NCBI GenBank assembly: GCA_037139975.1
Contig: JBAXFJ010000001.1
Span: 48,586-112,585, forward strand
Direction of reading: 5' to 3'
DNA length: 64,000 bases
Source: a bacterium
GTDB lineage: Bacteria > Patescibacteriota > Minisyncoccia > Phycocordibacterales > SBAW01
The notes below the pieces were generated by a model. It did no database searches. It was given only the letters and a program-made list of their open reading frames with translations, and was not told the DNA's origin. A program made the position numbers and the translations under genes. Positions 19,226-29,323 of the stretch are shown here, in pieces (positions within the stretch are counted from its first letter, which is position 1; each line of letters starts with the position of its first letter).

Positions 19226-19249
19226 AGCGTGTTGATTACTACTAATATT

Positions 19250-19942
19250 TTATTTGATGGAGTTAATTGCAGTCATGAATTGTGCCTCGGGCAAAGCTCC
19301 TGAGAGAGCAACCATTTTCTTTGTCTTGGTGTTTATCACAATAGTGAATGGGGTTCCGTTGCCACCATTCGCCTCTGCCTCAGTGGTATCGGCGTCTATT
19401 TTACTTTGATATTTTGCAGACGCTATGCATGCGGTATATTTTACCGAGTCGGCCCCAAACTGTTTGGCGAGCGTTGCTGAATACTCGGGCGAAAGACTTG
19501 CCTGATTGGTAAACACCGCATCAGCATATTTCCAAAAACCTGTATTCCCTAATTGTTCGGCTATGCACTCGGACGCGAGCGCCGCTGGCCCCGCGTTGGG
19601 GTGGATGCTCGTGAGTGGAAGCTGACGATAGACCCAGGCAATTTGCCCATTTGAGTTGTCAACAATCTTTTTAAGTGTTGGGTACACCATCGAGCAGTAC
19701 GGACACTGGAAGTCAGAAAACTCAACCAGCACAATCGACGCGTTCGGTGAACCGGTGATGTGGTCGCTTGCGGACACAGGGCGGATGTTGAGCGCGGTGG
19801 GTGAAGGCGCCGCGCCGCCAAGCGCCACGGCCCCTGTTGGCTGCGCTGGGTGCATGTTTGCAAAGACAATTGCACCCGCAACGATCACCCCTGCAATGAT
19901 AATAGAAACTGAAGGACTTAATTCAAGTTTTTTGACTGACAT
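19250..19942 (-). CDS. DsbA-family thiol-disulfide oxidoreductase
   Basis: EFSDFQCPYC and GTPF; N-terminal TM anchor. Confidence 0.9.
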   Translation of the reverse strand: MSVKKLELSPSVSIIIAGVIVAGAIVFANMHPAQPTGAVALGGAAPSPTALNIRPVSASDHITGSPNASIVLVEFSDFQCPYCSMVYPTLKKIVDNSNGQIAWVYRQLPLTSIHPNAGPAALASECIAEQLGNTGFWKYADAVFTNQASLSPEYSATLAKQFGADSVKYTACIASAKYQSKIDADTTEAEANGGNGTPFTIVINTKTKKMVALSGALPEAQFMTAINSIK

Positions 19943-19989
19943 GCACTCAGTATAGCATCTTTCTTTTTTCTGCTATATTGTGAGTGCGC

Positions 19990-20409
19990 ATGTTACAAGA
20001 ATTTAAACAGTTTTTGCTCCGAGGCAATGTGGTTGACCTGGCGGTGGGTGTTGTGGTCGGCGCGGCGTTTGGTGCAGTGGTGACCGCCCTTGTGGCCGAC
20101 CTCCTTACCCCTTCTATCGCCGCCATAGCAAAAGTGCCCGACTTTGGCGGCCTAAGCTTTACCCTTAACGGCAGCAAGTTTATGCTGGGGCACCTCATCA
20201 ACGCGCTCGTCTCATTCCTGCTTGTTGCATTCGCTGTCTTCTTTTTTATCGTCAAACCTATGAACTTGCTCGTGGGCCGAAGCCACACCGAAGCCCCCGC
20301 CGACCCCACCACAAAAAAGTGCTCCGAGTGCTTAAGCGAAATCCCCATCGCCGCAACACGTTGTGCCTATTGCACCCAAGCAGTCAAAGAAAGTAGCTCT
20401 GCTATTTAA
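19990..20409 (+). CDS. mscL: Large-conductance mechanosensitive channel with a C-terminal Cys4 motif
   Basis: EFKQFLLRGNVVDLAVGVVVGAAF; CSECLSEIPIAATRCAYC tail. Confidence 0.93.
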   Translation: MLQEFKQFLLRGNVVDLAVGVVVGAAFGAVVTALVADLLTPSIAAIAKVPDFGGLSFTLNGSKFMLGHLINALVSFLLVAFAVFFFIVKPMNLLVGRSHTEAPADPTTKKCSECLSEIPIAATRCAYCTQAVKESSSAI

Positions 20410-21185
20410 AATTCATTCAATCGCGCATCAATCTCTGCCTCTTCACTTTCGGCTATGTGGTGTCGCCGAATGACGATGAAAAGCACCAGGGCAAGCAGGA
20501 CACCGAGCGCTGTTGGATAAAACGCCCACGGGTTACCCACAACATAGCGCACTCCCGTGAGGGTAAAAAGCAACGTTGCAACAGACGCGGTTGCAACGGC
20601 GCCATGCTTCTTCTTTGCGTGAGCGCTCGCGCGATTGACCGTACTACTTGCAGTTTGATTGTCCATCTGCCCAATCTGAGCATCTGTCTGATTGAGAAAT
20701 TCCTTCGACCAACCAATCCCCGCATCAAGCGCGCCAAGCGCCACCCTGCGGCCGCCATCAATAAAACTGAAGGCATCCCCCGTATACGCAAAAATAGCGC
20801 CCAACTCAGAACTTGTGCCGCCCGAGCCTGTATTATTTGCGGCGTTGCCAGAGTCACCACCAACAGTAGCGCTAGTTGAAGTGGACTGTGTGTTTTGACT
20901 AGCATTAGAAGAATCATTTCCTGGACTAACTGTTGGCTCTGTCGTCTGAGCAGGCACTTCGGGGGTTGTTGCGGGCGGATTATTCACTGGCTTTACAGGG
21001 GGTATGTTTGCAGGTGTGTTGTCAATTGGAATGATTTGATAGGTGGGCGGCGTTGGGTCGGGTGAGCCGGTCACATAGTAGCCAGCAACCGCGACCTTTG
21101 TTCCTTCTGTATTGAGCGCAAGTTTGTGCCACCGCGTCACGTCGACCTGCACCATGACTGGTTTTTGTATGGGCACATCTATCAT
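20406..21185 (-). CDS. Hypothetical Pro/Thr/Ser-rich protein with C-terminal TM helices
   Basis: Low-complexity linker and two hydrophobic C-terminal segments. Confidence 0.55.
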   Translation of the reverse strand: MIDVPIQKPVMVQVDVTRWHKLALNTEGTKVAVAGYYVTGSPDPTPPTYQIIPIDNTPANIPPVKPVNNPPATTPEVPAQTTEPTVSPGNDSSNASQNTQSTSTSATVGGDSGNAANNTGSGGTSSELGAIFAYTGDAFSFIDGGRRVALGALDAGIGWSKEFLNQTDAQIGQMDNQTASSTVNRASAHAKKKHGAVATASVATLLFTLTGVRYVVGNPWAFYPTALGVLLALVLFIVIRRHHIAESEEAEIDARLNEF

Positions 21186-21192
21186 GTTTCCA

Positions 21193-22365
21193 TTATACGA
21201 CCTCGCGGAACACGAGGTCGAGCCCTGCAGCGCTCGCTTCCAGCGTCAGCTGCCTACAAACAGCAAATCCTGCTTCACGTATTGTTTCTTTTTGTTTAGA
21301 TAAAAGTGTAAGGAGTGTTTGGTGTGCAGCTTTAATGCTTTCTTTGTTGGTGCCACAAAAAATACTTGTCTCGTCGGTCAGATAATCAGCCAAACCTCCC
21401 GCACGCGAGCTGAGCACTGTGCATCCCGCCGCCAAACCTTCAAGCCCTACGGTGCCAAACGGCTCGTGCAGCGATGGGACAATGAGCGCATCGGCAGCGC
21501 GCAGCGCGCGGATTTTGTCTGCATCATAGAGCGCGTCAAGCATGTAGACGTTATGCTCCCGACTCACTTTTTCTTTGATAGCTTGCAGACACGTTGGGCT
21601 GACCCCGTCTTTCGGGCCAATAAAAATTAGGTCGACTTCTTTGGGGACGCGCGCATCGCAGAGCGGGAGCACGCCCTTCACCTCTGCAAATCGCCCAAGA
21701 AAAACTATTTTAACTCTCCCCTTCCCACCTGGGAGCACATACGGCTTTTCTTCACGTCTCTTCTCATTCCATTTTTCAAAATCTATACCATTGCGCACCA
21801 GTCGTGTTTTTTTTGCAAATGGTAAAACTTTTTGGTGCTGTGCTGCGTACGCTTGTGATATCTGCACAACTCGGTCAGCGCGTCCTAGGCCGCGCACTTC
21901 CATCTCGCACAGGGCACTGTGTATTGCGCGCTCGGCTGGAACGTTGAGGTTGAGCCCAAACGTGTACCCCTCTTGTGCGAGCAGCACGGGCGAGAGAGAC
22001 ATGCGCACAACCAACGGCACATTAAAAAAATCCGCCGTCTCACTCGCGGCCTGATACACAGACCAGTCGTACGCATACACAAGATTTGGTTTGGGGAACG
22101 AGATAGCTTCAGCAAAGTAGTGTGCCTGGGCAAGCAGTGTATCGAGCGGTCCGAACTTTGTTTCAGTATAGGGCGAGAAAACTTCGTGGTACCCAACAAC
22201 AAAGCCAGGAGCTGCTGTGCCCCCCAACGGAAAACCAACCACATAAAATTCATACCCATATTTAGAAGAAAGCAATTCAAAAACAGGGGCAGCGTTGGCG
22301 CCCATACCGCCCGAAGCGCGCTGAAATCGGTCTGGAATTATAACCAGCACTTTTTTCTTTTGCAT
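21193..22365 (-). CDS. Glycosyltransferase family 4
   Basis: GGMG, NGID, GRFAEVKG and PSLHEPFGTVGLE. Confidence 0.88.
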   Translation of the reverse strand: MQKKKVLVIIPDRFQRASGGMGANAAPVFELLSSKYGYEFYVVGFPLGGTAAPGFVVGYHEVFSPYTETKFGPLDTLLAQAHYFAEAISFPKPNLVYAYDWSVYQAASETADFFNVPLVVRMSLSPVLLAQEGYTFGLNLNVPAERAIHSALCEMEVRGLGRADRVVQISQAYAAQHQKVLPFAKKTRLVRNGIDFEKWNEKRREEKPYVLPGGKGRVKIVFLGRFAEVKGVLPLCDARVPKEVDLIFIGPKDGVSPTCLQAIKEKVSREHNVYMLDALYDADKIRALRAADALIVPSLHEPFGTVGLEGLAAGCTVLSSRAGGLADYLTDETSIFCGTNKESIKAAHQTLLTLLSKQKETIREAGFAVCRQLTLEASAAGLDLVFREVV

Positions 22366-22412
22366 TCACTAGATACTACCACCTGCACCGCACACAGTTG
22401 CTCGCTTGAAAA

Positions 22413-22988
22413 TTATTTTTTTAGATACTCCCCCGCAAAGTTCACGTTCATCCCCCACCCGCAACTCCAACTAGTATCTGTCTGTACCTGCAGCTTTTTC
22501 CCGCGGAAGATAAAACCAATAACACATGGTTCGTTGCCTGCGGGGCTGAAATCATACTTTGAAGAAACATAGTGCGCAACCCCATTCTGGACTGTGGTGG
22601 TGGCATTAAGGTCGCCCGTGTTGGTGTCCAACTGATTTCCATTTTCGTCATAGTAGGGATAAAAGGCTATGCCTGATATGTGCACCGTGGACCCTTCTAC
22701 AAAATCAACCGTGATTTCTGACCCTGTTCCATCCGAAGCAAGATACTCACCCTTGAGGCTGCTGTTGTCAGCAGTAACTACAGAAGAAACCGCTGGAGTG
22801 TTTTTTATTGTTGAAGCTTGCGTAGAAATTTTTACTTGCGCAGCGTGGCCGGCGTTTTCATGCGCAAGGATTGCTGCAACGAGCTTGGGCACCCAAAAAC
22901 TTTGCAGCGCAATAAGCCCAAGACCTATAAAAATCAGGGCGAGAAGAAACATACGAACCGCTTTCACCATATTCATGATTAGTATCAT
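22413..22988 (-). CDS. Membrane-anchored hypothetical protein
   Basis: N-terminal TM helix; beta-rich domain ending CGWGMNVNFAGEY. Confidence 0.6.
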   Translation of the reverse strand: MILIMNMVKAVRMFLLALIFIGLGLIALQSFWVPKLVAAILAHENAGHAAQVKISTQASTIKNTPAVSSVVTADNSSLKGEYLASDGTGSEITVDFVEGSTVHISGIAFYPYYDENGNQLDTNTGDLNATTTVQNGVAHYVSSKYDFSPAGNEPCVIGFIFRGKKLQVQTDTSWSCGWGMNVNFAGEYLKK

Positions 22989-23063
22989 ACACCAGTTAGA
23001 AAGAGCATGGTCGTGGGCGACACTTTTTCAATGTTTAAAAAAGTTCAATTAAGAACCATCAGG

Positions 23064-23824
23064 GGTGCCGTTGTAGAGGACGTTAGAACTGTTTTTGAGT
23101 TAAAAAATGATGCGACGGTGTATATCCCCGCATTCTATCCTACTCTTTGAGCCCTCGAACAAGCTTACACTTTGTTTTTAACGCCAGATCAATGTATTAA
23201 CCACTTCATTAAGTTGAGACTTCGTACCGTACCCATACATTACCATTCGCAAATACACTCCAGGATATCTCGGGATTTCTATAAAGTACATTGCGCCAAC
23301 CCCTTCGCCGCCAGGAGAGGTATAGGCCAGCTGACCTTTTATCGTCGTTGTGCTGAAAGTATAGCCATCAAGATCCTGTAACATAGAAGTTCTGTCTCGA
23401 ATAACTATTTCAATTTTGCTATTTCCTTTTCCAAAGGAGTCGTTTTGAGGTTGAGGACTTTCTTGATGATAAAGAGAAATGATCTCCGAAGGATGATTAG
23501 AGTCTCTTACCCACCAGTTGGAATATGCAAACGAGAACCCGTACTTACTATCTTCATATGTCCCGGGTCCGCGCATTCGGTTTGTGTCTGTAGTCTGCAC
23601 TACCTCACTCGGAGCAGGCATTTGAATAGTGTTTGTTATTTGTGTCGTCGTTACGGTTTTGTTGGTAGCAACAGATGGAGTTTTGTTTTTTTGTATATAA
23701 AAATACATGCCCCCGCCAACAACGAGAAATGCAACAACCGCAAGTACGATCGGCAGCAAAAAACCCTTTTTAAAATTTTTCATGACTTTAGTCTAGCACT
23801 AGTTCGAACCTCAAAAAGGGCACC
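23064..23824. mobile_element. Degenerate inverted-repeat-flanked cassette downstream of tRNA-His
   Basis: GGTGCCGTTGTAGAGGACGTTAGAACT (23064-23090, +) versus GGTGCCCTTTTTGAGGTTCGAACT (23824-23801, -) flank one gene. Confidence 0.4.
23178..23783 (-). CDS. Surface protein with a pilin-like (class III-like) N-terminus
   Basis: MKNFKKGFLLPIVLAVVAFLVVGGG; YEDSKYGFSFAY PsbP-like domain start. Confidence 0.6.
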   Translation of the reverse strand: MKNFKKGFLLPIVLAVVAFLVVGGGMYFYIQKNKTPSVATNKTVTTTQITNTIQMPAPSEVVQTTDTNRMRGPGTYEDSKYGFSFAYSNWWVRDSNHPSEIISLYHQESPQPQNDSFGKGNSKIEIVIRDRTSMLQDLDGYTFSTTTIKGQLAYTSPGGEGVGAMYFIEIPRYPGVYLRMVMYGYGTKSQLNEVVNTLIWR

Positions 23825-23859
23825 AAAAACACGCTTGCGAAACAACCCTCAAAAACGCT

Positions 23860-24040
23860 GGGTGGCTACAGGGAATCCTCTTCCCCCGAAACGTTTCAGT
23901 CGCAGGGGCGACATAGAAACGCTTCTCCTCCAGAGCCGGCACGTTTGCTTCACCCTATCGGCGCAAACGTTGCTTTCGATTCCCTAACAACGCTCGCGTT
24001 GCGAAACAGCCCGACCAAAAGGCCGGGCTGTTTTATCACC
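23860..24040. repeat. tRNA-His trailer element
   Basis: 23860-23877 duplicates the tRNA 3' end (24043-24060). Inverted T-arm piece TTCGATTCCCT at 23975-23985 and a hairpin at 24004-24033. Confidence 0.7.
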
Positions 24041-24041
24041 G

Positions 24042-24116
24042 TGGGTGGCTACAGGGAATCGAACCCTGATCGAGAGCTCCACAAGCTCCAGTGTTGACCG
24101 TTACACCATAGCCACC
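24042..24116 (-). tRNA. tRNA-His(GTG)
   Basis: G-1 plus GTGGCTA/TAGCCAC acceptor stem, anticodon GTG, GGTTCGATTCC. Confidence 0.93.
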
Positions 24117-24193
24117 ATATTACTTAGACCCCTCATGTCACACCCGCCCACCATATATACACGCTTACACTAGCACAAGAGCACTTTAGCAGA

Positions 24194-25240
24194 TTAGGGG
24201 TGAAAGAAAAAGGCGACCGCGATGATAGCGTATGCGATGAGCAGCTGCGCGCCCTCGAGCCAATTACTCTCGCCGTCGGCGACGACGAGGTTGACCATGA
24301 GCACCGAGAGGACAATCGCGATGAGCTCGAATATATTGAACACTAAGTTCATGGGGCTGTGGAAAAAGAGCGAGATGATGACGAGCAACGGAGCGACCAG
24401 CATCGCGATTTGCGTTGCCGAGCCGATGGTGATATTGAGCGCCAAGTCCATTCGATTTTTGAGCGCGACCGTGATAGCCGAAGCGTGCTCGGCGGCGTTG
24501 CCGATAATAGCTATAAAAATGACACCGACAAAAAGCTCGGTCCAGCCGAGCTGGAGCACCAGCGGCTCGATGGCGCCGACCAAGATTTCGCTCACCCACG
24601 AAACAAGAAGTGTCGCGACAAGGAGCGTGAGGACTGAGCGCAGCACGCTCCACCTTGGTTCATACTTCCCCACCTCTTCGGTGTAGAGGTGTTTGTGCGT
24701 GCGGAGCGAGAAGAAAAGCCCGGCCAGGTACATGAGGATGAGCGCGCATGAAACCCAAAGGCTTAGGTGCTCAATAATGCGCGTGCCAGCAGTAGGCGCA
24801 GTGAGCAAGAATATCGCCGGCATCACGAGCGCGATGACCGCCAAGAAGAGCGTCGAGCCACCCGCCACCGCGCCTGTTTTATTAAACGACTGCTTCTCGC
24901 GCTTCCAGCCGCCGGCAAACATCGCAAAACCAAGAACCAAGAGCAGGTTGCCGATTATCGAGCCGGTTATCGACGCTTTTACAACTTCAATCAATCCCGC
25001 CCGCAGGGCAAAGATGCCGATAATGAGTTCGGTAGCGTTACCAAACGTGGCGTTGAGGAGGCCACCAAGCGCGGAGTTTGTGCGCGAGGAGAGCTCCTCG
25101 GTTGCCTCGCCAATAAACTTGGCCAGCGGCACAATAGCAAGTGCGCAGAGAAAGAAAACAATGGTGGGCGAGATATGTAAAAAATGCGCCCCAATGGCGA
25201 CGGGCACAAACACAAGCAGGGCGAGAAAGAAATTTTGCAT
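24194..25240 (-). CDS. Ca2+/H+ exchanger (CAX)
   Basis: LLNATFGNATELI and IIGNAAEH alpha repeats; GESNWLEG. Confidence 0.92.
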   Translation of the reverse strand: MQNFFLALLVFVPVAIGAHFLHISPTIVFFLCALAIVPLAKFIGEATEELSSRTNSALGGLLNATFGNATELIIGIFALRAGLIEVVKASITGSIIGNLLLVLGFAMFAGGWKREKQSFNKTGAVAGGSTLFLAVIALVMPAIFLLTAPTAGTRIIEHLSLWVSCALILMYLAGLFFSLRTHKHLYTEEVGKYEPRWSVLRSVLTLLVATLLVSWVSEILVGAIEPLVLQLGWTELFVGVIFIAIIGNAAEHASAITVALKNRMDLALNITIGSATQIAMLVAPLLVIISLFFHSPMNLVFNIFELIAIVLSVLMVNLVVADGESNWLEGAQLLIAYAIIAVAFFFHP

Positions 25241-25266
25241 GGGGTAACTATAGCGCAAAAATATGT

Positions 25267-25366
25267 GTGCCCGGGAGAGGACTCGGTCACAGATACTTTC
25301 TCGGCTCAGAAATTTCTGCGACCCCGCCTCAGTCACCTTCGCTCCTTCCGGCCTTCGAGTCCTACG
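25267..25366. repeat. tRNA-Leu trailer element, separated from the tRNA by the island
   Basis: 25267-25285 duplicates the tRNA-Leu 3' end (29679-29697). Inverted TTCGAGTCCT at 25354-25363; GGTCAC...GCGACCCC core shared with 31172 and 31391. Confidence 0.7.
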
Positions 25367-25772
25367 ACCAAAAAGTTAAAACCGGCACAAGGCCGGTTCT
25401 CAACTTTTCGGTGCTGTAATTATACACTTTGCGCGAACCTTTTTCGAGCGGAAACTGGACGAATGAACCGAAGCCCCACGCACTGGCGAGTACGCCAGCA
25501 ACCCCGAAAGAAAAAATACTCCTTGCATTTCTGATTTGGCGGGGGTGAAATTTTTCTTGAAAAAGGAAAGGGTGTTTTTCTTTCGGGGTTCTGCCCTCCA
25601 AGTATTCGGGCAGTGCGTGGGGCTTCAATACGGACTCGGCAAAGCGAAAATCTGTTTTTCTGGAGAAAAGGATTTTTCGCTTTGCCTCGACTGATTTTCC
25701 GCCCGCAGGAGGGGTCTGGGGAGGAATGCGGGCGGGAATCCCAATTCGCTTTTTCGGAAAATTTTCCGCCCT

Positions 25773-26459
25773 CTAAGAATTAGCAGAAATTTTTCTTGGA
25801 AAGAGTTTACAAAAAATAAGTCCGAAAATTAAACCAGATAAATGTCCCCAATTATCAATTTCAAATGAATCTAACGCCTTTTTGTTTTCAGCAAAGCTGA
25901 AAATCAAAAATAAAAAGATGATCATACCAAAACCTAGTAGATATTCTTTGAATGTTAATTTTGGTATGTCTAACAAGTAAGCAGCGGCTAAACCAAATAA
26001 TCCAGCGGAAGCTCCTGCTGATACCATTGGGTTAGAAAAGAAAAATATTGAAATTGATGAGAGTACTCCACTAAAAATAAAGATTGACAAAAAACGACCA
26101 GCTTTTACGTTTCTTTCATAAAGCGACAATATTCCCAAGAATGATAAATTTGTCCATAGATGTAATAAGTTAAGGTGTATAAAATTGTGTGTGATTGTTT
26201 GTACGAACCACCAAGGAGTAAACGTGTATAAATTATTTACACCTAAAATTACAAACCAATTTTCATTCAACTCATTAAAAGTTCCACTAGAAAGGACGAA
26301 GAAAGTAACGATCAAAAGTATACCCAACCAGAATGTTGCTTGAATTTTTTTGAAACTTTCCCAATAACCTGGTATTTTGGCTTGTAAATCGTTAGGACTG
26401 GGTCGTAAGAAAAAAAGAGTAATGGTCCATACAAGTATGGTTAATAAAAACAGCGTCAT
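25773..26459 (-). CDS. Rhomboid-family intramembrane serine protease
   Basis: HNFIHLNLLHLWTN, GASAG (catalytic Ser) and GHLSGLIFG. Confidence 0.9.
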   Translation of the reverse strand: MTLFLLTILVWTITLFFLRPSPNDLQAKIPGYWESFKKIQATFWLGILLIVTFFVLSSGTFNELNENWFVILGVNNLYTFTPWWFVQTITHNFIHLNLLHLWTNLSFLGILSLYERNVKAGRFLSIFIFSGVLSSISIFFFSNPMVSAGASAGLFGLAAAYLLDIPKLTFKEYLLGFGMIIFLFLIFSFAENKKALDSFEIDNWGHLSGLIFGLIFCKLFPRKISANS

Positions 26460-26462
26460 ATT

Positions 26463-26864
26463 TTAAGAAGACTTAGAAAGTAGAAATTCTCTTGTCTTGT
26501 CATCTAATTTTGCGAGCTTCTCAACCCCCTTTAGTTGTGCGTTAAGAATAAGTTTTCTACCGTTAGAAAAAACTAATTGCAAAGGAGCTTGCAGAAATCC
26601 CTTGCCAAGTTTCATTTTTGAAATTTCAGCATAAGAGAAAAAATTGTATGTTTCTGGCTTACCCCATAAACTTAGTTTATGAAGATGCATGCCGTTATTT
26701 GTAACTCCAACATAATAGATTCGCATACCAAAAAACATAAACGGACCAATCAAAAAGAACCACCAAATTGGAGGTGTGTAAGACGCTTGGAAAAAACCAA
26801 TTAGTTCTTCTCCTTGATTAAGACGTGGCAAGATAATATCGCTTTTAATTTGTTCTTTAGTCAT
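26463..26864 (-). CDS. Hypothetical protein with a hydrophobic hairpin and PH-like domain
   Basis: Probable start MTKEQ; YYVGVTNNGMHLHKL...YAEISKMKLGKG. Confidence 0.55.
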   Translation of the reverse strand: MTKEQIKSDIILPRLNQGEELIGFFQASYTPPIWWFFLIGPFMFFGMRIYYVGVTNNGMHLHKLSLWGKPETYNFFSYAEISKMKLGKGFLQAPLQLVFSNGRKLILNAQLKGVEKLAKLDDKTREFLLSKSS

Positions 26865-26948
26865 ATTTTTTATTAGGTAATAATTAAATTTATTTCTTTT
26901 CGACAACGCTATTCATAAGTCTACCCCCCCCCGACACTTTTGCAATAC

Positions 26949-27155
26949 TCATTTTATCAAATCGTCAACGCTAATCTCAAGGGCTTTCGCGACCTTTTTT
27001 AGTGTTTCTAGTGTCGGGTTTTTATTTTCTCCAGACTCCATTTTGATAAGCGTATTATTGGCGACATCGGCCAGTCTTGCCAACTTCTCTTGCGAAAGCC
27101 CTTTGGCTTCCCTTAATCGCTTTATATTGTTTGATAAATTTTGGCTTGTTGACAT
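26949..27155 (-). CDS. XRE-family HTH regulator
   Basis: IKRLREAKGLSQEKLA...ESGENKNPTLETLKKVAKAL. Confidence 0.92.
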   Translation of the reverse strand: MSTSQNLSNNIKRLREAKGLSQEKLARLADVANNTLIKMESGENKNPTLETLKKVAKALEISVDDLIK

Positions 27156-28209
27156 ATTACCATTAAGAGATTAACATTATAGTAGAGGTATCCATTTACC
27201 TGTTACTACTATGATGTTACACCAAAATTTTAAACAAATCAATATGTGGAATCTTTTTGTGGCGGAAAATTTTCCGAAAAAGCGAATTGGGATTCCCGCC
27301 CGCATTCCTCCCCAGACCCCTCCTGCGGGCGGAAAATCAGTCGAGGCAAAGCGAAAAATCCTTTTCTCCAGAAAAACAGATTTTCGCTTTGCCGAGTCCG
27401 TATTGAAGCCCCACGCACTGCCCGAATACTTGGAGGGCAGAACCCCGAAAGAAAAACACCCTTTCCTTTTTCAAGAAAAATTTCACCCCCGCCAAATCAG
27501 AAATGCAAGGAGTATTTTTTCTTTCGGGGTTGCTGGCGTACTCGCCAGTGCGTGGGGCTTCGGTTCATTCGTCCAGTTTCCGCTCGAAAAAGGTTCGCGC
27601 AAAGTGTATAATTACAGCACCGAAAAGTTGAGAACCGGCCTTGTGCCGGTTTTAACTTTTTGGTGTCTGTATTGTACCAAACTCGCACCTATTTCCAAAA
27701 CAAAGTGAGGTAATGACTTCGCACGCTCCGCGTGCGTGGTGACTTGAAACTAAATCGTACGCTCGGATTCTGCGCGCCTCGTCCGCTCCCTGCGGTCGCG
27801 GGAGCAAAAACCAAAAATTTTCCTTCCTTAATTTTAGATTTTCGGCGGGGGGTGTGGGGGGAGCCGACAAAAAATGGAAAGGAAATTTTTGGTTTTGCTT
27901 CGCCGTTTCAGTCTCCGAAAAGAGCATCATTATTTTATCATATTTTGATTGCTCTTTTCTCCGCCCTCACGGCGAGACGAGGCGCTTCCTCTCAGCGTTT
28001 GGTGGTAGTTTGAAACTCTGTGTCTTCGGTGACTGGTGGTGATAAACCAAGAAAGCGGAACCTCGCCATACAAAATTCTTTAAGGAATGGCGAGGCACAA
28101 ATCTATATGTGCTTGACCCACCCTCCCGTTCGCGCACAACAATCCCCGCCGTTTTTAGGAAAAATTATAAAACGGCGGGGATTGCTCCCTTGAAAACCGA
28201 AACTACTAA

Positions 28210-28716
28210 CTACCAAGAGCTACATGCAGGTTCTCCACTGCATATCATCCATGCCCATGTCGGACGAACGGGGTCATAAAACGCCTGTCCTGAACTCGGA
28301 AAACTTTCAGGTCCATTTGCATGCGAGAGTAATTTATAATTTGTTCCATTAGACTGGTAAAGAAATCCAGACCAGCCACTCGTGTCACCACTCGGATCAG
28401 CAGGTAAAACCGAAATATATGTCGGGGTCAATCCGGGAATATAAGCATTTGCACCGCTTGTGGTTCGACTTCCGCCGTTGGCGCTCAATCCATACCAAAC
28501 GCCACTTGTTGATGGATACGAATTATTACTGTCCAGATAAAGTTCAAGTGCTGTTTGTAGTTGTTTCAGCTCCGATTTACGATAAGCATCTCTAGCTTTC
28601 CCTCTTGCACTGTTTAAGCTCGCGAGAACAACACTTGAAAGTATTCCGATGATAGCAATGACGACAAGAAGTTCGATGAGTGTAAAACCTTTTGAATTGT
28701 TTTTTTGTAAAAACAT
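28210..28716 (-). CDS. Type IV pilin / GspG-like pseudopilin
   Basis: KGFTLIELLVVIAIIGILSSVVLASL...KARDAYRKSELKQLQTALELY; LPADP. Confidence 0.92.
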   Translation of the reverse strand: MFLQKNNSKGFTLIELLVVIAIIGILSSVVLASLNSARGKARDAYRKSELKQLQTALELYLDSNNSYPSTSGVWYGLSANGGSRTTSGANAYIPGLTPTYISVLPADPSGDTSGWSGFLYQSNGTNYKLLSHANGPESFPSSGQAFYDPVRPTWAWMICSGEPACSSW

Positions 28717-28726
28717 AATTGAAATA

Positions 28727-29026
28727 TTAAAATCGTTCCTGCAAGCGCGGCGGCGCGTTTTCAGGATAGATTATTTTTTGACCCGGAGGTGCTTCGAGTT
28801 TCGCTTTGCTTCCTCCGCCACTAAACAGAAAAATAATCACGACAATAATCGCCACCGCTACAAATCCAATCAAAACATAATTTGCCTGCTTTTCGTCTTT
28901 GATATATCCGCCGGAATACTTGATGACCCACTGAACTATTTTGGGCGTTGGCGTTTGAAAAGATCGAGGTCGTTGAAACTCCTCGCCCTCAAACACTATT
29001 TTCCCCGGTTCGTTGTTTTGGTCCAT
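28727..29026 (-). CDS. Small single-TM hypothetical protein
   Basis: PKIVQWVIKYSGGYIKDEKQANYVLIGF followed by a TM helix. Confidence 0.65.
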   Translation of the reverse strand: MDQNNEPGKIVFEGEEFQRPRSFQTPTPKIVQWVIKYSGGYIKDEKQANYVLIGFVAVAIIVVIIFLFSGGGSKAKLEAPPGQKIIYPENAPPRLQERF

Positions 29027-29116
29027 AACTTTATAAAAAGTGTTGTTGCAGATTTTAGTTTTCCACAACTATTTTAATTGTATCACTTACGCCCCCCCCG
29101 CAAACGAAAAAGGGGG

Positions 29117-29323
29117 CTACTTCAACAACTTATCCACTGAAACGCCGAGCGCTTGCGCCAATCGTTCCAATTGCTGGATAGTGATGTTTTTCTTGCCATT
29201 CTCGATTGCACTCATATAACTTCTGTCCATATCTAACTTACGACAAATATCGCCTTGCGACATTTTACGGCGAAGCCGTATCTGTTTGATATTCTGTCCG
29301 AGTTTTTTGGAAATTTGAGCCAT
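29117..29323 (-). CDS. XRE-family HTH regulator
   Basis: LGQNIKQIRLRRKMSQGDI...YMSAIENGKKNITIQQLERLAQAL. Confidence 0.92.
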   Translation of the reverse strand: MAQISKKLGQNIKQIRLRRKMSQGDICRKLDMDRSYMSAIENGKKNITIQQLERLAQALGVSVDKLLK

